Origin: an uncultured virus (IMG/VR IMGVR_UViG_3300031993_000052)
Taxonomy: Duplodnaviria > Heunggongvirae > Uroviricota > Caudoviricetes
Virus record (IMG/VR): IMGVR_UViG_3300031993_000052
Coordinates: 1-64,000 of that record
DNA length: 64,000 nt
Reading direction: 5' to 3' (one strand)
Part shown: positions 29,725-39,084 of the stretch, piece by piece
Position numbering within the stretch: the stretch's first letter is position 1
Layout of the letters: each line of letters starts with the position of its first letter
Program-made: the position numbers and the translations under genes
Notes under the pieces: model-generated
What the model saw: the letters and a program-made list of their open reading frames with translations, nothing else
Database searches by the model: none
Told to the model about the DNA's origin: nothing

Positions 29725-29826
29725 GAAAGCGTAAATTGACACGCGATGAAATCATATCGCTGATTATTGCCGCTATGCTGTTTCTGCTCGGTCTGTTCAC
29801 AAGGATATTCAATTAAATCAGACAAT

Positions 29827-30141
29827 ATGAAACCTATTGAACTTACAAATGAAAATTTCAACGAGGTGATTGAAAACAACCATCTTGTATTGATTGACTT
29901 CAATGCTGTGTGGTGCGGTCCCTGCCGCGCGCTCGGCAGTGTAATTGACACCATTGCGGAAAACCGCAGCGACCTCGCGGTGTGCAAGTGCGATGTCGAC
30001 AAAGAAAAGGAACTTGCCGAGCAATTCGGCATCAGGAACATCCCGTTCATCGCCTTCATCAAGGACGGTGAACTTGCGGACAGTCTTGTCGGTTTGCAGA
30101 ATGAGGAAGACCTGAACAAAAAGATTGACGAACTTCTTTAG
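29827..30141 (+). CDS. trxA: thioredoxin
   Basis: IDFNAVWCGPCR...IRNIP. Confidence 0.93.
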   Translation: MKPIELTNENFNEVIENNHLVLIDFNAVWCGPCRALGSVIDTIAENRSDLAVCKCDVDKEKELAEQFGIRNIPFIAFIKDGELADSLVGLQNEEDLNKKIDELL

Positions 30142-30165
30142 TCGCAACCATTGTTTTTGCATATT

Positions 30166-30204
30166 TCAGGGGTGCTTGCAATCCGCAGGCGCCCTTGATT
30201 TTTT
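30166..30204 (+). terminator. intrinsic terminator
   Basis: TCAGGGGTGCTTGC/GCAGGCGCCCTTGA plus T6. Confidence 0.7.
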
Positions 30205-30218
30205 AATTCATATTTTTT

Positions 30219-31251
30219 CGGAATTATCCCTTTTAGTCTTGTAGAACAATATAACTATATTTATTTTTGAGTGTGTGGTGGTTTGTTCGGAAACTTTTTT
30301 GACAAAAGAGTTATCACATCAACCACAAGTGGTTCATATTTCTGTATTGCTCTAACACATTCGGATACCGTGGAACCTGATGCCATTACATCATCAAGAA
30401 CAAGCACACGCTTATCCTTGAACATCTCTAATGCTTCCGAAATTGTATATTTATTTGTAAGCGACACTATACCATTTATATATTTCATATATTTCTTATC
30501 CATTTTTCCAGACTCAAAAAATTCTCCCATATTTACAACCGATTGATATATCTCCCTATATATTTTATCTCGTAAATAATCGGAGTTTTCTTTTGCAATC
30601 TTATCATAGTCAATTCCAAAATCTAAAATATATTCTGTTTTTGTCTTGCAAAAATAATCATTAACCGTATTTTTTGCATTAACTCGTTTTGATATAATTT
30701 TCATAAATCGCTCGTTGATTCCGCTATGTGTTGGACACATAACAATAATGTCGTACTCAACATTTAATGAATTACACGCAGAAAGGAATTTCTTTACATA
30801 TTTGATTATATCAGAATCACTAATATCAAACGACCATCCATATTTTTTCTTTAACGCATAAGTAAATGGGTTTCCATCTACATTTTTTCCTCTCTCGTTC
30901 ATAAGAAAAGTTCTTTTTAATATGGAATAAACCTTTAGATTCCCATATTTATATACAAGATGTTCGTTCTCAAGAAAAACTACGCCATCATTGCTATCAT
31001 TTAACTTGACCGTGCGTTTCTTTTCATCAAAGACAATGCCTTCTGCAATATAATTATCTAATGATGGATGTAAAGTAACGCCATTACATTTTTCGTTTAG
31101 TTTCTCCCACACTCCTTGATTTTGTGCAAGTTCTTCCGTTTTTTTAATATGTGCCATAGTTATAATGTGTTTACTCTATTTATAATATCTAATTGAATAT
31201 AATAAAAATTTCACAAAATACAAAATCGCAAGACTAAAAGGGATAATTCCG
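30219..31251. mobile_element. non-autonomous TIR cassette (IS1595-family-like ends) with a passenger gene
   Basis: Perfect 23-bp IRs CGGAATTATCCCTTTTAGTCTTG...CAAGACTAAAAGGGATAATTCCG; 8-bp direct repeat TATTTTTT at 30211-30218 and 31252-31259; markedly AT-rich interior; no transposase. Confidence 0.8.
30261..31157 (-). CDS. phosphoribosyltransferase-domain protein (cassette cargo)
   Basis: PRPP-binding loop VLVLDDVMASGSTV; low GC. Confidence 0.75.
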   Translation of the reverse strand: MAHIKKTEELAQNQGVWEKLNEKCNGVTLHPSLDNYIAEGIVFDEKKRTVKLNDSNDGVVFLENEHLVYKYGNLKVYSILKRTFLMNERGKNVDGNPFTYALKKKYGWSFDISDSDIIKYVKKFLSACNSLNVEYDIIVMCPTHSGINERFMKIISKRVNAKNTVNDYFCKTKTEYILDFGIDYDKIAKENSDYLRDKIYREIYQSVVNMGEFFESGKMDKKYMKYINGIVSLTNKYTISEALEMFKDKRVLVLDDVMASGSTVSECVRAIQKYEPLVVDVITLLSKKFPNKPPHTQK

Positions 31252-31286
31252 TATTTTTTTTTATTATATTCAATAAAAGGACATTT

Positions 31287-31682
31287 ATGCGCATCAGCGA
31301 CAGCGGGATTTTGAAAAGGAAAGACATCGGTTTTTACACCACGCACATAGACAACGGCAATTTTGGGAAAACCTGCATTGTCGACGCAGTTGTATTCGCA
31401 AGGCAAGCGGACAATGTTACGGAAGAACGGTGCAGGGTGTGCATATTCTGCGCGGAAACCCCTGAAATGATGTCCGATGAAATGGGGCGCATATTCAAAT
31501 TCGACTGTGCCTCCGATGCGAGCAACGGCATTCCCGCGATGTGGGCATACGCAAATGAAATGGTTGAAATGGAAATCTACCTCACCAAATTCGTGTTCGG
31601 GGATTTTTGCAAGAACTTCACGGGCATTGAGGTTTCCATCGACAAAATCTCTTTCGTGGACAGAAGCGAAATCAGGTATTAG
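31287..31682 (+). CDS. hypothetical protein
   Basis: 131 aa after a promoter motif. Confidence 0.6.
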   Translation: MRISDSGILKRKDIGFYTTHIDNGNFGKTCIVDAVVFARQADNVTEERCRVCIFCAETPEMMSDEMGRIFKFDCASDASNGIPAMWAYANEMVEMEIYLTKFVFGDFCKNFTGIEVSIDKISFVDRSEIRY

Positions 31683-31734
31683 ATTGCCTTCCGCATTTTG
31701 GTTGTGAAACCAAAGGGGATAATTCCTTTATGTA

Positions 31735-32307
31735 TTATTTCAGTTTTATATTTTTCGTGATTGACACCAATGATTTGAGTTCGTTTTTCTGCACATCGTC
31801 GAGCGATTGGATGACGCTCCCGTAAGTCCCCCAGAACGCGAACGCTATCTCGTCGGCATTGAGTATGTATCCGTACAGGTGTTCGTCCAATGCGAACATC
31901 TGTATCTCAAGTTTTCCTTCATTGAGTATTGTTCCCGCCCATTCGGAGGCGTATTGTGTTTTGTCTATAAGTATGTTGCAGGTGTTCAGAAACAGTATGT
32001 CCGTCCTGTTCGACGACACAATCACGAAGAACAATGTGTTGTCGCTCGATGTGTCTTTCACTATGACAGGACATACAGACATTTTCGCGAAGGTGTCTAT
32101 CTGCATAGACTCGCAGGTATAGTTCGGGTACCCGTCCATATCAATGGCGTCCTTGATTATGTATGGCGGCATTGTGTCGGCAGGCGTTGCCTGTGTATGT
32201 GATGTTGTATCTATGTTTGTGTTGCCCCCGTTGCAGTCCTTGCATTTCGGGCAGGAACAAAGCAGGAATGTTGTTGCGATGATGATTGCGGAAAGGATTG
32301 TTTTCAT
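31735..32307 (-). CDS. lipoprotein
   Basis: Signal peptide with lipobox-like LLCSC; late promoter at 32326-32333 (-). Confidence 0.7.
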   Translation of the reverse strand: MKTILSAIIIATTFLLCSCPKCKDCNGGNTNIDTTSHTQATPADTMPPYIIKDAIDMDGYPNYTCESMQIDTFAKMSVCPVIVKDTSSDNTLFFVIVSSNRTDILFLNTCNILIDKTQYASEWAGTILNEGKLEIQMFALDEHLYGYILNADEIAFAFWGTYGSVIQSLDDVQKNELKSLVSITKNIKLK

Positions 32308-32416
32308 AGTTTGGTTGTTTTGAGATATTTATATGCAGCGATATATCAATGATATATCGACTTTGGTGTCGTATAAATATAGTGTGATTCTATTGTTTAA
32401 CCAAAATCCAAAAACT

Positions 32417-33466
32417 ATGATTTTTACACCATTGAACGAAGTGAAGGACATCAAGGATGTTGTCTTTCTTGCTGGACCCTGCCCGCGCGCAGGTCAGGAT
32501 TGGGAGGATTGGCGTTCCGAAATTTGCGAAAAACTCGGTTCCGCAGGTTTCAGGGGCGACATCATCAATCCGACAAATCCAAACTATGATACAGAAGACC
32601 CCGACTATTACAACAAGCAATGCACTTGGGAGACAGTCGGTCTGCACACAGCGTCCTGCATTGTCTTTTGGGTTGACCGCAACGACGAGCATCCCGCTCT
32701 CACGACCAATATCGAGTTCGGCATTTGGAGCGACCGCGCACCGAAGTCCCTTGTTGTCGGAATCCCTGAAGGAAGCGAGCATTGCGGTTACATAAAATGG
32801 GTGTGCGAGAAAAAGGGAATCGCCTGTTTCGACACGATGGACAAGGTCGTGGACGAGGTCGTCCGCAGGTTTTCGCCGAAGAACGGTCAGCGACTTTATT
32901 TCACGTCCGACACGCATTTCGGTTCCGACAGACATCTCGAATTGAGCAAACGACCGTTCAGGGACGTGGGCGATATGGACTTGACATTCATCTCGAATTG
33001 GAACAAGACGGTGACGTCGAATGACATTGTGTTCCATCTCGGAGATTTCGGGGATTTGTCGGTTCTCGGAAAACTGAACTTCAAAAAGATGTTCCTGTTG
33101 AAGGGGAACTACGAACACGACATCAAGGACTTTGTTGTGTCCGACCCAAGAGTTGTCGTTTGCGACAACAACGACAGTGTTATGAAGTTTGTCCTTGACG
33201 GGGAGGAGATACCCTGTGTCCACGAACCGTTGTTCGACAGGAACAGCAAGTTGGGGGACTATTTTATGAAAACCTCGAACAAGTTTTTCCTTTACGGGCA
33301 CATCCACGAAAAGGGACTTGTGAAGCACAACGGACTCAATGTCGGAATAGACGCGCACAATTATACGCCGATAGGTGTGGACACAATCCGCTTTTACAAA
33401 AATGCCATACAGGTTCACTATGACGGAAACGTGTTCTGCGACAGCGTCGGTCTCGTCGTGAAATAA
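32417..33466 (+). CDS. nucleoside 2-deoxyribosyltransferase-like domain fused to a metallophosphoesterase
   Basis: N-half VFLAG...W...NP...WE...TTNIEFG; C-half SDTHFG, LGDFG, GNYE, HEP, GHIH. Confidence 0.8.
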   Translation: MIFTPLNEVKDIKDVVFLAGPCPRAGQDWEDWRSEICEKLGSAGFRGDIINPTNPNYDTEDPDYYNKQCTWETVGLHTASCIVFWVDRNDEHPALTTNIEFGIWSDRAPKSLVVGIPEGSEHCGYIKWVCEKKGIACFDTMDKVVDEVVRRFSPKNGQRLYFTSDTHFGSDRHLELSKRPFRDVGDMDLTFISNWNKTVTSNDIVFHLGDFGDLSVLGKLNFKKMFLLKGNYEHDIKDFVVSDPRVVVCDNNDSVMKFVLDGEEIPCVHEPLFDRNSKLGDYFMKTSNKFFLYGHIHEKGLVKHNGLNVGIDAHNYTPIGVDTIRFYKNAIQVHYDGNVFCDSVGLVVK

Positions 33467-33547
33467 TTTTTCGGCGGTTTATAAAAAAACGTCTGTTTTT
33501 TATTATATTAAATTTGATAGATTTTTGTTGTCCATAACACATATATT

Positions 33548-34054
33548 ATGCGATACGAAGTTGAAGTTTTGAAATACAATCAAATATGGTGCAGGTTTGA
33601 CGGCAAGTGTTGGGGTGAATGCAAGTCCGAATACTCGGATTGGAGCGGATTTTGTTCAGAAAAGGAAAACTCGCTTTCTCGTTTCGACACGGAATGCTCG
33701 TTGGTCATAGGAGTTGGAGAGTATTACCAAAACGCCTGTTATGAAATGACGGTTGCACCGATTTCCGTTTCTGTCAAATTTCACAGGTTCCCAGACGACT
33801 ATGAGATTGAGGTCTTGAACAGTTGCTCTGTTTCGTTTTTACAAGGTGACAGGTATTCGTTTGAGACGATGTGCGTTCCCGCCAATGAGAATGAAATGCT
33901 CGGTTGGGTTCGGAAAACGCTTGACAGCAGGTATGTCACGCAGTACATAAACGATGAGGTTCTCTATCGACTCGGTATTGATGACGACGGGAAACTCGCT
34001 TCCGAAATAGCGGACTCGATTGCGCATAAGGTTGTGCTTGAAATTTTTCACTAA
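33548..34054 (+). CDS. hypothetical protein
   Basis: 168 aa after a promoter motif. Confidence 0.6.
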   Translation: MRYEVEVLKYNQIWCRFDGKCWGECKSEYSDWSGFCSEKENSLSRFDTECSLVIGVGEYYQNACYEMTVAPISVSVKFHRFPDDYEIEVLNSCSVSFLQGDRYSFETMCVPANENEMLGWVRKTLDSRYVTQYINDEVLYRLGIDDDGKLASEIADSIAHKVVLEIFH

Positions 34055-34063
34055 ACTTGGCAA

Positions 34064-34537
34064 ATGATGAGAATTGTTATAACTGGTCCGGCGGCAAGCG
34101 GAAAGGACGTGCTTCGCAGAAGATTTGTCGAACGAGGTTTTGTATATGCGAAACCCTATACAACAAGACCCGTCAGGGATGGTGAAAGTTCCGACGACTA
34201 CACATTTGTGACAGAAAATGAGTTCGCGGCGATGTGCTCGTTCCCACTGTTTGCCGTCAGCGCCTGCTACAACGGGTGGATGTATGGTATAACGATGAGC
34301 GACTACATAGGTTCGACTGTGGCGGTGCTCACCCCTGAATACATAGAAATGCTTGACCGTGTTGGATTGATGAAGGACTGCTTCACAATCCTGCTTATGC
34401 CTGACGAAAACATAAGGAGAAAAAGACTTCTGCAAAGGAATGACGCCGATGACGTTGAACGCAGGTTGCTTGCCGACAGAAAGCAGTTCGAGAGGTTCGA
34501 GTGTTATGATATGGTCATCACAAATCCTTATTTTTAA
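34064..34537 (+). CDS. guanylate kinase-like
   Basis: GPAASGKD, YTTRPVRDGE...DYTFV, YNGWMYG. Confidence 0.85.
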   Translation: MMRIVITGPAASGKDVLRRRFVERGFVYAKPYTTRPVRDGESSDDYTFVTENEFAAMCSFPLFAVSACYNGWMYGITMSDYIGSTVAVLTPEYIEMLDRVGLMKDCFTILLMPDENIRRKRLLQRNDADDVERRLLADRKQFERFECYDMVITNPYF

Positions 34538-34548
34538 TACTATCAACA

Positions 34549-35235
34549 ATGGCAAAGAAAAAACAAAAGGAAGAAAAGACAAGGATATTCGTCACATCCG
34601 ACCTTTGGTTGGGGAGACACAATATAATTGACATATACAAAAGACCGTTCAGTTCGCTTTCTGATATGAACAATACAATCATTGAGAGGTGGAACACGAC
34701 TGTCGGGGAGAATGACATAGTGTTCATTCTCGGAAATTTCGTATATGACGGGACAAGGGCGCAGAACCTGATAAGCGAACTTCGCGGGTTCAAAATACTT
34801 ATGGCGACGGAAAACGACAAACGCACCTTGCAGATTGACCCGAAGGTCATAGAGGAACTTATGACAGGTGCCGATGAAATCTACAATGAAGATTCTATGG
34901 TTCTGTACGAGCATTTCGGATTGGTTCCCGACAATGACGCTTTTGAGAAAATAAAGGAAGTTTCAACCGAAGATTCTCCTGAATTTATGATGCTTCGGAC
35001 AGGCATATTCGAGATTTCCCAATACGGTGTTGTTCTTTCCACCTATGCGCTTCAGGATTGGAACGGGAAGGACAAGGGTTCCATAAACATACACGGAGGT
35101 ATGCTTGAGACGCCAGCCGACATTTCAGACGAAACCCGTGTGAGCGCACGCTGCGATTTTTGGGACTTCACGCCTGTGAATCTCCACGACCTTAAAAAAA
35201 TAATTGATATGAAAAGAAACGGAGGTATGTTATGA
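34549..35235 (+). CDS. degenerate metallophosphoesterase paralogue
   Basis: SDLWLG/LGNF/TENDK in place of DxH/GD/GNHD. Confidence 0.65.
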   Translation: MAKKKQKEEKTRIFVTSDLWLGRHNIIDIYKRPFSSLSDMNNTIIERWNTTVGENDIVFILGNFVYDGTRAQNLISELRGFKILMATENDKRTLQIDPKVIEELMTGADEIYNEDSMVLYEHFGLVPDNDAFEKIKEVSTEDSPEFMMLRTGIFEISQYGVVLSTYALQDWNGKDKGSINIHGGMLETPADISDETRVSARCDFWDFTPVNLHDLKKIIDMKRNGGML

Positions 35236-35675
35236 TAGGGAAAATGTTCAGGGAATGGAAAGTGTGGCGCACAGTAAGACGCGTTGCAAAGTCAAACAGG
35301 GAAGCGATACACAAGGCGGGGTTTGACGTCGATTGGATTGGACGTATGTATGCCATTGTGAACATCCCCGATGAAATTATGGAACTGCCTGTCCGAAACA
35401 GGGAGGACGCGGAAAAGCAGCAGATTGCCGTCGATATGTACATCAAGGAGACTATGGGGCAGATAACCTCGATTCTTATGGAACTCCGCATTGCCGACCT
35501 CGTCGTGTACCCGTCGCAATACGAGAGGTTTGAAGGCACCAACTCTATGCTCGTCATCCTCGCGCCTGAACGCTACTACACAAAGACTTGGAAGGTCGTG
35601 TTTATGTCGCTGCTTATGGGAGGTCTTTTGACTGGACTTGGTTTTTTGGTTTCTTACCTTTTAAGGACAATTTAG
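35232..35675 (+). CDS. hypothetical protein with C-terminal TM helix
   Basis: 147 aa with a hydrophobic tail. Confidence 0.65.
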   Translation: MIGKMFREWKVWRTVRRVAKSNREAIHKAGFDVDWIGRMYAIVNIPDEIMELPVRNREDAEKQQIAVDMYIKETMGQITSILMELRIADLVVYPSQYERFEGTNSMLVILAPERYYTKTWKVVFMSLLMGGLLTGLGFLVSYLLRTI

Positions 35676-35677
35676 TT

Positions 35678-36496
35678 ATGGCAACGAAAGAGAGTTTGAG
35701 CATCACCGAGTCAATCGGAGGCAGAAGATATTACAACATAGACGAAAACGGCGTACTTCATAAACTGCCGAGCGTCACAACCATTCTTTCCGCTATGACA
35801 GACCAAAGCGGTCTTGAGGCGTGGAGAAACAGGGTAGGTCACGAGGAGGCGGACAGGATAACCACGTTCAGTGCCAACAGGGGAACGTGTATGCACCAAA
35901 AACTTGAGTATTGGTTCACATCGGACATCGTCGACAAACAGGCAAGGTTGATTGACGTGAACCGAAAGATGGATGTGTTTGTGAAGGAGAACGGTTACAC
36001 CGCCGAAGAACTCGCCTGCGGAAACAAACTGTTCAACAGTCTTTATGTGTGCGGTTTTTTTGAAAGGGTGAAGTCGATAATCGAAATGGAGGATACCCTG
36101 TATTCAATGGCATACGGAGGGTATGCGGGACGCGTTGACTGCGTGTATGAGAATCAGGACGGACTTCCAGTGCTGCTCGACTTCAAGACCGCGCGGCACA
36201 AGAAACGCCCTGAATACATCACCAACTACTATATGCAGTTGAGCGCGTACTATCTTGCCTATTACCAAATGTTCGGCGTGAAACTCGACCACGCGGAACT
36301 TTGGATTGCGGTGGAGAACGATGTCCCGCAACTCGTGTATGTCACATACGAGGAACTGAAAAGTTGGTTGAACCATTTTCTCAAACTCGTCGACGGATAC
36401 CACAAAAAATACGACTGTGTGCTTGAGGAGCATTTGAAGTCGCTTCAAGTTCCTGTTATTCAGAACCTCAAGGACGTCGTTGCAAGAAAATTATAA
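35678..36496 (+). CDS. PD-(D/E)XK exonuclease
   Basis: PSVTTIL, RGT.MH, YAGRVD...LLDFKT, QLSAY. Confidence 0.85.
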   Translation: MATKESLSITESIGGRRYYNIDENGVLHKLPSVTTILSAMTDQSGLEAWRNRVGHEEADRITTFSANRGTCMHQKLEYWFTSDIVDKQARLIDVNRKMDVFVKENGYTAEELACGNKLFNSLYVCGFFERVKSIIEMEDTLYSMAYGGYAGRVDCVYENQDGLPVLLDFKTARHKKRPEYITNYYMQLSAYYLAYYQMFGVKLDHAELWIAVENDVPQLVYVTYEELKSWLNHFLKLVDGYHKKYDCVLEEHLKSLQVPVIQNLKDVVARKL

Positions 36497-36530
36497 ATAT
36501 ATCAATGATATATCTACAATAAAAATCACT

Positions 36531-37196
36531 ATGATAGCATTACCGATTATTTCAATAGCATTGTGCTTCGCCTACATCATATACATTCTTTTCAAATATG
36601 GTGTGCCCACGTCGATTTCCGAAACCTATTACCTTCTGCCGAACAAATGGGATTGGATGTTCTCCGCTTGGTGTGTTCTCACTTCGGTTCCATTCGGTTT
36701 TTGGTGGTACACAATCTCTCCGAAATCCCTCTGTTGGATTCCGATTGTGATTGTTCTCGGTATGACGATGATAGGCGTCAGTTGCCGCTACAAGTCTGGA
36801 CCGAAAAAGGACGACAACTATGTGCCGAACCTTGCGATGGACGACCTCCTGAAGGAAAAGAAAGCGGTCAAGAAATCATTCAAGGACTTCATCAAGGAAC
36901 TTATTGAAAAATTCAAACCCGCCAACTTCCTGAAGTATGGATGGGCGCGTCCGATTCACTATATCAGTTCGCTTGTCGTGATAACGCTTGCAACCGTGTA
37001 TGTCTGCATTATGACACCCATCGCCATAGCATACGTCGTGCTTGCCTATCTTATGTTCATACTTATCGGAATGAACGTCCCTGCGGTTTACAACAAGGAC
37101 TATTCCGTGGACGTCGATAACAAGGCGTGGATATTCTTTATGGAGGTGGTTTGCTTCCTGCAACTTTTCATCTTCGTGTGGATTAGCATCATCTAA
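36531..37196 (+). CDS. multi-pass membrane protein (late)
   Basis: About six hydrophobic segments; TATAAATA at 36492. Confidence 0.7.
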   Translation: MIALPIISIALCFAYIIYILFKYGVPTSISETYYLLPNKWDWMFSAWCVLTSVPFGFWWYTISPKSLCWIPIVIVLGMTMIGVSCRYKSGPKKDDNYVPNLAMDDLLKEKKAVKKSFKDFIKELIEKFKPANFLKYGWARPIHYISSLVVITLATVYVCIMTPIAIAYVVLAYLMFILIGMNVPAVYNKDYSVDVDNKAWIFFMEVVCFLQLFIFVWISII

Positions 37197-37222
37197 ATTC
37201 CACAGGTTCAAATTTCCGTGCT

Positions 37223-37759
37223 ATGAGAATAACGGACACAAAAATTTTGAACAGGAAGTTCAGGGACGAAGGAAGAAGTTGGTTCGACACAGGTGTTACG
37301 GCGATTAGCGGAAACTTTCCGTATTTGCACATCAGGTTCCTATATGGATACGGAGAAAATATCCAACCACGTCCTGTAATCGGGTTTGACTTCAATTTCA
37401 ATGAAGATGATATGTCGCCTGAATGTGTCGATGTCATCGAAAAGATGAACGCTTGCAAAAACCTTCGAGGTTATTCGTCATCCGCAGGTTATCATTCATA
37501 CGACATTACCTTTCTCGAAAACGGTTTGAAACCCGTGTCAAAGGATGAACGCAGCAAAATGGGGTATCTTTTGGAGTCCATATATGCACTCGCGGAGAAA
37601 TTCGATTCTTTCAACAAACTTGAAAACCCGAAAGTTATTGACATCACAATGTATTCATCTCGCGACACCATTGGAAACATTCTGAAATCGCACCATTATT
37701 CCAATATGTTCAAGAACTGCGTCGGATTGACGTCCGCCCCCGATTTCCGCATACAATAA
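37223..37759 (+). CDS. hypothetical protein
   Basis: 178-aa ORF. Confidence 0.6.
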   Translation: MRITDTKILNRKFRDEGRSWFDTGVTAISGNFPYLHIRFLYGYGENIQPRPVIGFDFNFNEDDMSPECVDVIEKMNACKNLRGYSSSAGYHSYDITFLENGLKPVSKDERSKMGYLLESIYALAEKFDSFNKLENPKVIDITMYSSRDTIGNILKSHHYSNMFKNCVGLTSAPDFRIQ

Positions 37760-37767
37760 CAAGTGCA

Positions 37768-38166
37768 ATGAAACGAAAACCGATTCCGAAAAAGACGAGG
37801 GAACTTGTGTGGCACAAATATGGGTGCAAGTGCGCATACTGCGGTTGTGACCTTGAATACAAGGAGATGCAGGTTGACCACAAGTACAGCGTGGCGTACA
37901 ACCGTTGGGGCGTCAAGTCGAACGAACGCGTCGATGAAAGCAATGGCATCGACGACATTTCCAACCTTATGCCGTCCTGCCGTATGTGCAATTATTACAA
38001 GTCTGTCTCGGACATCGAGCGGTTCAGGAAGAAACTCCTGAAAACGCTGTCGGAAACTTCGGTCGCGTCGTTTCAGACAAGACTTGCAATCAAGTACGGA
38101 ATGGTTGTCGTGCAGGAATGGAACGGTAAGTTTTGGTTTGAAAAATACGAGGAGGAAGAGCAATGA
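37768..38166 (+). CDS. HNH endonuclease
   Basis: CAYCG...VDH...NLMPSCRMCN..K. Confidence 0.85.
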   Translation: MKRKPIPKKTRELVWHKYGCKCAYCGCDLEYKEMQVDHKYSVAYNRWGVKSNERVDESNGIDDISNLMPSCRMCNYYKSVSDIERFRKKLLKTLSETSVASFQTRLAIKYGMVVVQEWNGKFWFEKYEEEEQ

Positions 38167-39005
38167 TTTCGGTGATAATGCCAACGCACAGGAAACCGCC
38201 TATGCTGCGACTTACTTTGTTGAGCGTGCTTTCACAGGACTATGACGATTTTGAACTTATAGTTGTGGACGCGAGTAATGACGGATATTTCAAGGATGAG
38301 TTCGAGCGTCTTATGAAAGACGACCACCTTCTTGTTTGGTACAGTCACAAAAAGAAAAACGTGAAGATACTCCGACCTGAAGAAAATTGTCAGTTGCCGG
38401 GCGCTATGAAAATGTACGGATTCAGAAATTCGGTTCAGGACAACGGGTTCTGCATATTTCTCGACCACGACGATTTCCTTTGGGGCAATACGCTTAAAAA
38501 CATACATAATGCTGTCTCCGCTTACCCCGACTGCGATATGGCAGGGATGGACTATACGAGTATGGTGTATATCGACGGAAATGTGTTCACAAACAAAAAA
38601 ACCTATGTCGGCGGCGAGGTGTGCGGTTCGACCGATACCATTTACATTGACAGGTTTTATTTCAAGTTCAGCGGTCAGCAGGACATTTACAGGAACAAAC
38701 ATCCGTATAAAAGTCCTATGCACCCGAAGATAATATCGAAACGCGCGTTGCGTGACAACAGGTTCTCTTTTGTAGAGGATACCGAGACAATGGACGATTG
38801 CGCATTCGCGATTATGTCGCACGCATTGAAAGAGGTTTACATCTATGCGGTAGGGTATGTGTATGTCGGGTATTACAATTCAAACAGCACGAGCGGGAGA
38901 AAGGTGAGCGAACGCGCAAAGAAAATAATGGACGACTCGAACATATACGATTCTATGCTCTCCGAAATGGGTTATGTAAAGCACAGGGACGTTTATGTCC
39001 CCTAA
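38163..39005 (+). CDS. glycosyltransferase family 2
   Basis: ISVIMPTH...SVLSQ...ELIVVD...FLDHDD. Confidence 0.85.
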   Translation: MISVIMPTHRKPPMLRLTLLSVLSQDYDDFELIVVDASNDGYFKDEFERLMKDDHLLVWYSHKKKNVKILRPEENCQLPGAMKMYGFRNSVQDNGFCIFLDHDDFLWGNTLKNIHNAVSAYPDCDMAGMDYTSMVYIDGNVFTNKKTYVGGEVCGSTDTIYIDRFYFKFSGQQDIYRNKHPYKSPMHPKIISKRALRDNRFSFVEDTETMDDCAFAIMSHALKEVYIYAVGYVYVGYYNSNSTSGRKVSERAKKIMDDSNIYDSMLSEMGYVKHRDVYVP

Positions 39006-39084
39006 AACCTGAAACACACATTTTGTTTGCCATATAAATATATCAACAGCAGAATATGCTGCCTATAGAATATATTTAAGCATT

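Noticed and set aside
35678..36496. Cas4 indicating a CRISPR system
   Set aside because: No four-Cys Fe-S motif and no array or other cas genes; it reads as an ordinary phage PD-(D/E)XK exonuclease.
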